From Acaryochloris thomasi RCC1774 (lineage in GTDB: Bacteria > Cyanobacteriota > Cyanobacteriia > Thermosynechococcales > Thermosynechococcaceae), in NCBI RefSeq assembly GCF_003231495.1, contig NZ_PQWO01000013.1, positions 1 to 32,000 of the forward strand: a DNA stretch of 32,000 bases, given 5' to 3'. Below the pieces are notes generated by a model. That model made no database searches and was not told the DNA's origin. It worked only from the letters and a program-made list of their open reading frames with translations. The translations under genes were made by a program, and so were the position numbers. This document shows, piece after piece, positions 16,247-23,629 of the stretch; positions within the stretch are counted from its first letter, which is position 1; each line of letters begins with the position of its first letter.

Positions 16247-16855
16247 ATGGTTGCTTCTGTTGAGCAGACTTATCTCACACCCGAAGAATATCTGCAGCTT
16301 GAGAAGGCCAGCGCGATCAAACATGAATATATAGATGGCGACGCCTATGCAATGGCTGGAGCCAGCGACGCCCACGTTACCATTGCTGGAAATTTGTTTG
16401 CTGAACTGCGAAGCTATCTGCGGGGTAAAGGCTGTCGAGCATATATCTCTGATATGAAAGCTCGCATTGAATCGTTGAATCGCTTCTTCTACCCAGATGT
16501 CATGGTGACTTGTGATCAACGTGATCAGGAAACGCCGACCTATAAGCGCTTCCCAAAGTTGATTGTTGAGGTGCTATCGGAATCTACGGCTGCATTTGAC
16601 CGGGGCGATAAATTCTTTGACTATCAGCGCCTCGAAAGTTTGCAAGAGTACGTCCTAATCAATACTCACGTGCAGCGGGTTGAATGCTATCGCCGCGCAG
16701 AGAATGGCCTATGGTCCGTACAGTTTTTTGGGCCTACAGACCCAGCCTTTCAACTTCCCAGTATTGGTTACAAAGGGTCTTTAGCATCACTCTATGAAGA
16801 TGTTGTTTTTCCTAAAGTTGATAGCGCAGCCAATCAGGACACCACTCAACTCTGA
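16247..16855 (+). CDS. Uma2-family (DUF820) restriction-endonuclease-fold protein
   Basis: LTPEEYLQLEKASAIKHEYIDGDAYAMAG..H, YPDVMVTCD, and PKLIVEVLSESTAAFDRGDKFFDYQRLESLQEYVLIN match the PD-(D/E)xK-like D...EVxS..T pattern typical of Uma2. Confidence 0.85.
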   Translation: MVASVEQTYLTPEEYLQLEKASAIKHEYIDGDAYAMAGASDAHVTIAGNLFAELRSYLRGKGCRAYISDMKARIESLNRFFYPDVMVTCDQRDQETPTYKRFPKLIVEVLSESTAAFDRGDKFFDYQRLESLQEYVLINTHVQRVECYRRAENGLWSVQFFGPTDPAFQLPSIGYKGSLASLYEDVVFPKVDSAANQDTTQL

Positions 16856-17424
16856 TCTGGAGCGATAGGCGGCAGTAAATCACGGATGGCAATGGTGCAG
16901 TCTGTAAATGCGATGGGCGTAACGTCCAATGTTTCCGCCAAAATCATTTGGGATTGATAACGGTCTTGATGGGGCTGGCGAAAGATGTGAAGCTGCCGCG
17001 TTAGAACATCTAAAACCCAATACTCAGCAATTTCTGCTCGGGCGTAGAGAACAGCCATAGTCTCTAAGTCATATTTAAGGCTAGAATCTGCAACCTCTAT
17101 CACCAATAAAATCTCTTCTGGAATCGGGTGGTGAGTGCTATACGCCAGAGGATCACGTTTGACCACGGCTACATCTGGCTCCGGCTCCGAGTCATTAAAG
17201 AGTTGAATCGGATCTTGAGATTTGACAAATACCTGACGCCCCAAACTTTCCTTAAAAACATCTTGAACTAGCAAGACTGCGGAGGTGTGAGCTGTTCCCT
17301 TGGCCGCCATTTTGACGATTTCTCCATTGATGAGTTCGGTCCGCTCAGTGGGTGATAGAATCCCCTGCTCCGTCATGCGGTAGTATTCCTGAACCGTGAA
17401 TCGGCGGGTTTGAACAGCAGTCAT
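16846..17424 (-). CDS. Uma2-family (DUF820) restriction-endonuclease-fold protein
   Basis: FTVQEYYRMTEQGIL..ELINGEIVKMAAKGTAH, PEPDVAVV, and LLVIEVADSSLKYDLETMAVLYARAEIAEYWVLDV. The 3' end overlaps the other Uma2 gene by 10 nt. Confidence 0.85.
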   Translation of the reverse strand: MTAVQTRRFTVQEYYRMTEQGILSPTERTELINGEIVKMAAKGTAHTSAVLLVQDVFKESLGRQVFVKSQDPIQLFNDSEPEPDVAVVKRDPLAYSTHHPIPEEILLVIEVADSSLKYDLETMAVLYARAEIAEYWVLDVLTRQLHIFRQPHQDRYQSQMILAETLDVTPIAFTDCTIAIRDLLPPIAPDQS

Positions 17425-17530
17425 GGCTTAGAATTGTTTGCGATACGTCTATTCTACTGGTCGCAGTTAGAGAGTAGGCCCGGTCCTTGTCTCTAGCGCT
17501 AAATCAGCTTTCACTCTCAACTCTTGATTC

Positions 17531-18781
17531 ATGATCTCTGTTGGCGTTTTTATTGATCTCAAGTGGCAGCGCTCTGCAGGGGGGCATGTGAAATGCTGGG
17601 AGAAATTTGCCCAGGCTGCCGTCACGCAACCTGATCTCGATCTATCGCTACACTTCTTGGGGGATACGGCTGAGGTTCTACCCCTGTCGGAGACGGTTCG
17701 TTACATACTGCACCGACCGCGCTTTAGCACAGAGCGCCTGCCTTTTCTACAGGATGTCCCTGACCATACTGATTTGATGTCCCGGAACCCAGCGCTGCTG
17801 CCCTACCTGGAAGCGATGGACGTGGCCCATACGACGCATCCTCTATTTACCTTTGGCAAGACAGCTCAGGCATTTTGCCAGCAAAACAAGAAGCCCTTAG
17901 TGGCTTCTGTGCATACCGATACGCCTCAGTACACGCAGATTTATCTAGAGCAGCGCTTGCAAGGAATGTTCGGTCATGGCTTCGTGAATCAGTGGCTCCT
18001 TGATCGGTGGCAGCTTCCGCTGCGCTATCGCCGCAGGATGGTGGCTCAGCAACAGGACTACTGGCAAACTTGCGATCACGTATTTATTTCGCAGCCTGAT
18101 GATCCTGAGGTGCAAACAGTCATACCCGCGCATCAGGTCTCTTACCTACGGCGAGGGATTGATACGGAACGATTTAATCCAGAAAGATGCGATCGCAACC
18201 ATCTCCAAAAAACCTACGGCATCCCCACTGACAAATTTCTGCTGCTGTACGTAGGCCGCTTGGACGACCCCAAGCGCGTAATGATCTTTGCCCAGAGCGC
18301 GAAGATTCTGCTTGATCAGGGTCTACCGATCCATGCCTTAGCAGTGGGTCGCGGTCACCGTTCCCAGGATATTCAGGCACTGTTGGGCGAGCAGGTCACC
18401 CTCCCTGGCGTCATTGAACAAGAAAAGTTAGGGACTATTTTTGCCAGCGCAGATGTCTTTGTGTTTCCGTCCCCGACCGAAACTGTGGGCAACGTGATTT
18501 TAGAGGCTAAAGCAGCCGGACTGCCGGTTCTGATCTCCAGTCAGGGAGGTGCCTATCAAACGCTGCGGGAACCAGGAAAAGATGGATTGATGATGGATAC
18601 AGAGGAGCCGGAACAGTGGGCGCAGGCGATTGCTCAGCTTTATGAGGATGAGGGGATGCGATCGCAAATCTCCGCAGCCGCTCAGGATCATATCAAAACA
18701 GCTTGGCCGTCATGGCAGGATGTACTGGTAGAAGATTTACTGCCCATTTGGCGATCATTGGCCGATGCTCCATCCCCTTGA
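17531..18781 (+). CDS. Glycosyltransferase, GT4 family (GT-B fold)
   Basis: The C-terminal half carries the glycos_transf_1 signature: LLLYVGRLDDPKRV..FVFPSPTETVGNVILEAKAAGLPVLIS (E-x7-E region). Confidence 0.8.
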   Translation: MISVGVFIDLKWQRSAGGHVKCWEKFAQAAVTQPDLDLSLHFLGDTAEVLPLSETVRYILHRPRFSTERLPFLQDVPDHTDLMSRNPALLPYLEAMDVAHTTHPLFTFGKTAQAFCQQNKKPLVASVHTDTPQYTQIYLEQRLQGMFGHGFVNQWLLDRWQLPLRYRRRMVAQQQDYWQTCDHVFISQPDDPEVQTVIPAHQVSYLRRGIDTERFNPERCDRNHLQKTYGIPTDKFLLLYVGRLDDPKRVMIFAQSAKILLDQGLPIHALAVGRGHRSQDIQALLGEQVTLPGVIEQEKLGTIFASADVFVFPSPTETVGNVILEAKAAGLPVLISSQGGAYQTLREPGKDGLMMDTEEPEQWAQAIAQLYEDEGMRSQISAAAQDHIKTAWPSWQDVLVEDLLPIWRSLADAPSP

Positions 18782-19616
18782 ATACCGAGATCCACAGACC
18801 CCAGAAGCCCTAGCCCGCTGTCTTCATGAGACGGGATTTGCGGTTTTAGGACATCCTCCCATTGCCGAGCAACTCGTGCAGGCCGTCTATCAAGACTGGG
18901 CGACTTTCTTTACCTCAGAACAGAAACACAACCATACATTTGAACCCGAACAGCAGTCTGGCTACTTCCCGTTTCAGCTTGAGCAAGCCAAGGGGCATAC
19001 CGTACCTGACCTGAAGGAATTTTTTCACCTGTATCCCTGGACAGATTTACCGGCAGGCATAGGGGACAATACACACCAGCTTTTCCAGCAACTCAATCAG
19101 CTTGCCTCCGAGTTGCTGGTCTGGGTAGAGCAGTTTGCACCCGAGACCGTCTCCTTCACAGAACCGCTGGGGCGCATGATCGATGGTAGCCAAGAAACCC
19201 TATTGCGTTTGATTCACTATCCACCCCTAGCGGAGGCTATCCCACCGGGGGCCATTCGAGCTGCTGCTCATGAAGACATTAATTTGATTACGCTGTTGCC
19301 AGCCGCCACAGCAATGGGTTTAGAGCTTCTAGATCCTCAAGAAAACTGGGTTAGCGTTCCCTGTAGTCCTGGGGATATTGTGATCAACGGCGGCGATATG
19401 CTGCAGATGGCAAGCGGCGGATATTATCGGTCGGCAACCCATCGCGTCATCAATCCGGAAGGCCCCATGAGCGCAACATCAAGGTTTTCAATGCCGCTCT
19501 TTCTACATCCTCGTCGGGAAGTAGTGTTGGCAGGCACGACGACGGCAAGGGCATATCTTCTAGAACGCCTAGCAGAAATTGGTTTACTTGCTGATGGGAG
19601 AAAGCCATTGAGCTAA
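18765..19616 (+). CDS. 2-oxoglutarate/Fe(II)-dependent oxygenase (isopenicillin-N-synthase-like family)
   Basis: The HxD is in AAHEDINLITLL, the distal His in SATHRV, and the RxS 2OG-binding motif in RFSMPLF. The ATG overlaps the glycosyltransferase 3' end by 17 nt. Confidence 0.85.
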   Translation: MLHPLEYRDPQTPEALARCLHETGFAVLGHPPIAEQLVQAVYQDWATFFTSEQKHNHTFEPEQQSGYFPFQLEQAKGHTVPDLKEFFHLYPWTDLPAGIGDNTHQLFQQLNQLASELLVWVEQFAPETVSFTEPLGRMIDGSQETLLRLIHYPPLAEAIPPGAIRAAAHEDINLITLLPAATAMGLELLDPQENWVSVPCSPGDIVINGGDMLQMASGGYYRSATHRVINPEGPMSATSRFSMPLFLHPRREVVLAGTTTARAYLLERLAEIGLLADGRKPLS

Positions 19617-19723
19617 TCAATCTGTCCCCCTAAAAGATCAGCCTGCGAGTCCCTGACAAAGAGAAATGCCACTCTCATTAGATGCTCAACATTGAGGACA
19701 CAGCCACTTGAAAAACGCGAGAT

Positions 19724-22252
19724 TTACTCTTCCTGCAATAGCTGCTTGAGAGTCAGAGTCAATTTCTCAATATCGATCGGTTTCTTGAGACGGGGGGCCG
19801 TAGCCAAATGTTCGGGCACCTCATATCTAGAGTCATAGCCCGTGGTAAACAAAAACGGAATCTGCCGCTCCTGCAGGGCCTCGGCAATTTCAAAGCTAAC
19901 TTCATCTTTGAGATTGATATCAAGTAGCCCTAGCGTGTATTGCTCAGTTTTCAGCAGCTTGAGGGCTGCACTAACGCGCGGAGCGGTATCAATCTGTTGA
20001 AAGCCTAAGGACTGAAGCGTCGATTCTAGCTCCATTGCAATCAGCATATTGTCTTCGACGATTAAAACCTGTCCGCGTTTAGAGGGTTGTACCGATTCAA
20101 CTTGTGGAGAAAGCGATTCGGACAAGCTCGCGGCATTGGCTTGCCACAACACATATTCTTTGGGAACCCACAATTCAGCTTCAACTCCGGTCGGTACAAA
20201 CCGCAGCCGTGATTCGCCCTCAAATTCGTAGGCAATGGAGCGCTCAATCAAATTTCGTCCAAATCCCCGTCTTGTCGGCGCAGAGACAGATGGCCCTTGG
20301 CGCTCTCGCCAAGATAAAGCCAGCCCTCCATCTTCTTGATACCATTGAACCTCAACTTGTCCTTCAGGCACCGAAAGCGCCCCATACTTAGCCGCGTTAG
20401 TGGTCAGCTCATGAAGCACCAAAACCAACGTGGGAACGAAGTTAGCTTTCAAACCAACCGCTGGCCCCGTCAATCGCACCCGATGTTCTGACTCGGCCAG
20501 GTACGGGCGAAACTCAATTTTGAGTAGTGCATCCAGTTGAGGCCAAGTCAGTCCAGGCCCTGCGACCAAATCATGAGCTGAAGCCAACGCCGCAATGCGG
20601 CTCTCGAGCATTGATGCATATTCTTCAACAGAGGTGGCTGACTCTCTTGTCTGACGGGTGATGGAGCGAATCAAGGCCAGGATATTTTTGACGCGGTGGT
20701 TCAACTCAGCGATTAACAAATCCTGCTGCCGCTGCTGCTGCTGAGCTTCCTGTTCAATGAGATCGACTTGATTCACGGCTAAATGCAGTAGCCCTGTGCG
20801 CAGTTCTAGGGCTGCATCCATATCAGCTAAAGACCAGGGTTGGCAGTGTCCAGAAACAGATTCAATATATTCTGCAAAAGAAGCTCTGGGCTGCAGGCGA
20901 GGACCAAATTTACCTTCGACAATTTCTTTTTGAGGATTGCCTCCCCAACGAATCTGGTAAGAAATTTCATTGCGGAAGAAGACCACATAGAGATGTTCTG
21001 TACTAGAAATGACTAAGACTAAAGCGCCTGCAGTCTTGCCAAGATCTGCTTCGGGAGAGAGCGGAGTTTGCCGCAGTTGTTCAATAGGGACAATGTCGGT
21101 TGTGGACTGACAGTGATGAATCAGGTCTAAGACAGTTGAGACCGTCGGAGTATCTCCATTGGTCTCAACATGCTCATGCTCAACGACGGCTATTCCATCT
21201 GCATCCATGAGCGGACATAATTTTTCACTTAACCAAGACGCGGCCTGGGAGAATCTGAGCGTTTCTTTCGACGTCTCCAACAGATTATGGGTCGCAGAGG
21301 TGAGCCGTCTGCGATTTTGGAGCCGTTCTTCTGCAAAGGCTTGCTGCAGCTTTAGAGAAAAAAGCTGACTGAAGAGTTCGCAGGTAGAGCGCAGGTCTGG
21401 GGAGAGCAGTTTCGGACCCGCGTGATGGCAGGCAAATAAGCCCCACAGCTCTCCTTGAACCACAATGGCAAGGTTCATGCTGGCTCCGACGCCCATGTTG
21501 GTCAAGTATTCTACATGGATGGGGGAGGTACCCCGTAAGTAGGTCAGCGAAAGATCGAGGGGAGCCTCCGCTTCATCGCTCAAAATGGAGACTGGCTCGG
21601 CGGTGATATTTGCGATCGCACGTACGGGCATCTTCAGCGCCATTTCACGAACGCGCGGAGGAATATCAGAGGCCGGGTAGCGCAATCCTAAGTAAGGTTC
21701 ACAGCGACTAGAGCAAGCTTCAGCCACAACTTCCCCCGCTCCATTCGGCAGGAATTGATAAGCCATAATCCGATCGAAGCCGGTCACCCAGCGCAGCGCT
21801 TGCACAGCCTTCTCCAGCATGGCTGTAGACTCAGTTTGTCCTTGCAAATGTCCCAAGATAGACTGCACGCGGGTCACAGCGCTAATGCTGCTGTTAGGAT
21901 CAGCACCGCAGGGTTCCAGCTCAATAATCCAGCGATCTTCGCTGCGGTGCAGACTGATATCAAGGGGCTGGCCGGTCAGCTCATGTTTGCCGAGACGTTG
22001 ACGATGGGCAGCGGGTAGACAGGCCACGTTCATGAGATCGTGGCACAGCTCAGAAGAAAAAAGCTGATCTAAAGACTGTCCTAGTATGGTCTGAGCCTCA
22101 GTCCCCAAAAAGGTCTGCAGGTTTTCTGAGGCATGAGTAATCGTTTCTAGGGAGCGATCAACCGCAATTAAGCTGCCAAAGGGCTGAATGATCCCTGGAA
22201 TATGAATGGGTTCGCGATCGCAATTAGAAATCGCAAGGGCTTCTCTTTCCAT
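19724..22252 (-). CDS. Bacteriophytochrome (PAS-GAF-PHY) fused to an HWE/HisKA_2 histidine kinase and a C-terminal receiver domain
   Basis: The N-terminal Cys11 sits in SNCDREPIHIPGIIQPFG, the BphP biliverdin-attachment context. The GAF domain has YPASDIPPRVRE and SPIHVEYLTNMGVGASM..LWGLFACHH, with no Cph1/plant-type Cys. The kinase has the H-box ELNHRVKNILALIRS, the N-box HELTTNAAKYGA and WRERQGP. The receiver is VLIVEDNMLIA..LGLLDINL..FLFTTGY. Confidence 0.9.
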   Translation of the reverse strand: MEREALAISNCDREPIHIPGIIQPFGSLIAVDRSLETITHASENLQTFLGTEAQTILGQSLDQLFSSELCHDLMNVACLPAAHRQRLGKHELTGQPLDISLHRSEDRWIIELEPCGADPNSSISAVTRVQSILGHLQGQTESTAMLEKAVQALRWVTGFDRIMAYQFLPNGAGEVVAEACSSRCEPYLGLRYPASDIPPRVREMALKMPVRAIANITAEPVSILSDEAEAPLDLSLTYLRGTSPIHVEYLTNMGVGASMNLAIVVQGELWGLFACHHAGPKLLSPDLRSTCELFSQLFSLKLQQAFAEERLQNRRRLTSATHNLLETSKETLRFSQAASWLSEKLCPLMDADGIAVVEHEHVETNGDTPTVSTVLDLIHHCQSTTDIVPIEQLRQTPLSPEADLGKTAGALVLVISSTEHLYVVFFRNEISYQIRWGGNPQKEIVEGKFGPRLQPRASFAEYIESVSGHCQPWSLADMDAALELRTGLLHLAVNQVDLIEQEAQQQQRQQDLLIAELNHRVKNILALIRSITRQTRESATSVEEYASMLESRIAALASAHDLVAGPGLTWPQLDALLKIEFRPYLAESEHRVRLTGPAVGLKANFVPTLVLVLHELTTNAAKYGALSVPEGQVEVQWYQEDGGLALSWRERQGPSVSAPTRRGFGRNLIERSIAYEFEGESRLRFVPTGVEAELWVPKEYVLWQANAASLSESLSPQVESVQPSKRGQVLIVEDNMLIAMELESTLQSLGFQQIDTAPRVSAALKLLKTEQYTLGLLDINLKDEVSFEIAEALQERQIPFLFTTGYDSRYEVPEHLATAPRLKKPIDIEKLTLTLKQLLQEE

Positions 22253-22572
22253 GAGATAGTGACTCTCTTACTATCTACTTGCTGCCACTTACCACGCAGC
22301 AGGAATACCACCATTATCGCTGATTGAGAAATGTCAGGGCTTCCTCACTGTGACACAGAAGCTGGGGTGAATGACGGATGACAATAATCGAGGGTTCTAT
22401 CTCTCAGATACCTGGTTCTCTAGTTATGCCTGGAATAGACAATACAACATAGGGTCAAAAAGAATTACGCATTTTTCAGATGAATATAATCTAGAGAAAG
22501 ACAATTCCTAAAAGACTCACTAGGCAAGCGTTGTTTTCCCTGACGCTTCAAATCCTATTTAGAAAAAGTGAT

Positions 22573-23535
22573 ATGGCTTATAATTCTCCTCCAACTTTCA
22601 ATTTGTTAAGTATTGGCCACAGGGGAGTCGGCAAGTCCGTTTTCTTAGCAGGCAGCTACGCTGAGCTGCAGTTTAATCAACAAATCGAATCACAACGAGG
22701 GACGTGGTTTGAGGGAGCAAATGCCCCATCACAGCAAATGCTAGATAAGCTGCTGTCTTACATGAGGCTGAAGAGTCGCTATCCGACACCCACAATGAAA
22801 ATCACAGATTTTACCTTTAGGGTCGTCTCACGCTCGTTCCGTCAAGACAAAACGCTGTGCGAGTTTCGTTGGGCAGATATTCCTGGCGAAATCTGCCGTC
22901 TAGGGAACTCCGATTTTGAAGCAATGATGCTCAAATCTCATGGATGTTGCGTGTTTATCGATGCAGAGGCTCTGGTTCGAGACCCTAAATACTTGACACG
23001 ATTGGAGGAAACGATCAAGCAAATCGAAGTGATCTCTTCCCTAGCCACCCAAAATAGGGTCCGTTACTTCTTTGCGTTGATATTGACGAAATGTGATCAG
23101 CTCAAGGCTGGACCTGCCACATTAGCCAAAGTCGAACAACAGTGGCAGTCGCTAACCCAGCAGCTGGTGACCACCAACGCTGTTTATCGTCGCTTCAAGT
23201 CTTCCGTTTCACTGATCACCATGAATGGCCCTGCCGTTGTGAGAGCGGAAGGCACTTCTGCCCCAATTCTGTGGCTGGTGTCAGAATTGAGTAAGGCCTA
23301 TCAGAACCAGGTTCCCCAAACTCTCGGAGGGGATGTTGATCCGTCCCAAGAAGCCCACGCATTGTCATCCAATCATCCACCGGCACTGCGCTCCAAGGTC
23401 ATTGCCATGCTGGCGGCACTCGGGGTTGTGGCGGGAATATGGGTTGGACTCACTCACCTTTTGTCTCAGCGGGGACCGGCAGAGAGTCCTAACATCAATG
23501 AGGAAGCTCCAGTCTCAACTGACAATGAGTTGTGA
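22573..23535 (+). CDS. Tail-anchored P-loop small-GTPase-like protein (unassigned family)
   Basis: G1/Walker A is GHRGVGKS, G3 is DIPGE and G4 is TKCD. A C-terminal TM helix VIAMLAALGVVAGIWVGLTHLL is present. ATG at 22573 is preferred; the track start at 22531 is TTG. Confidence 0.6.
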   Translation: MAYNSPPTFNLLSIGHRGVGKSVFLAGSYAELQFNQQIESQRGTWFEGANAPSQQMLDKLLSYMRLKSRYPTPTMKITDFTFRVVSRSFRQDKTLCEFRWADIPGEICRLGNSDFEAMMLKSHGCCVFIDAEALVRDPKYLTRLEETIKQIEVISSLATQNRVRYFFALILTKCDQLKAGPATLAKVEQQWQSLTQQLVTTNAVYRRFKSSVSLITMNGPAVVRAEGTSAPILWLVSELSKAYQNQVPQTLGGDVDPSQEAHALSSNHPPALRSKVIAMLAALGVVAGIWVGLTHLLSQRGPAESPNINEEAPVSTDNEL

Positions 23536-23539
23536 ACAG

Positions 23540-23567
23540 AAAAAAGCCCAAGAAGGTCCGGGGCTTT
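23540..23567 (-). terminator. Candidate intrinsic terminator for the FAAL gene
   Basis: The minus strand reads aaagccc-cggaccttctt-gggcttt, followed directly by ttt. That is a 7-bp stem, an 11-nt loop and a run of 6 U overall. It lies in the 94-nt gap between convergent genes. Confidence 0.45.
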
Positions 23568-23629
23568 GACGACATCACAGGCTAACCCAAACAGTTCTGA
23601 CGGGCAATCGTTTCTGGCCTGCTTATATC

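Noticed and set aside
22371-22511. A 46-codon ORF (MTDDNNRGFYLSDTWFSSYAWNRQYN...) in the BphP/GTPase divergent intergenic region
   Set aside because: It is below any reasonable confidence threshold without conservation or Ribo-seq evidence. It is AT-rich promoter-like DNA.
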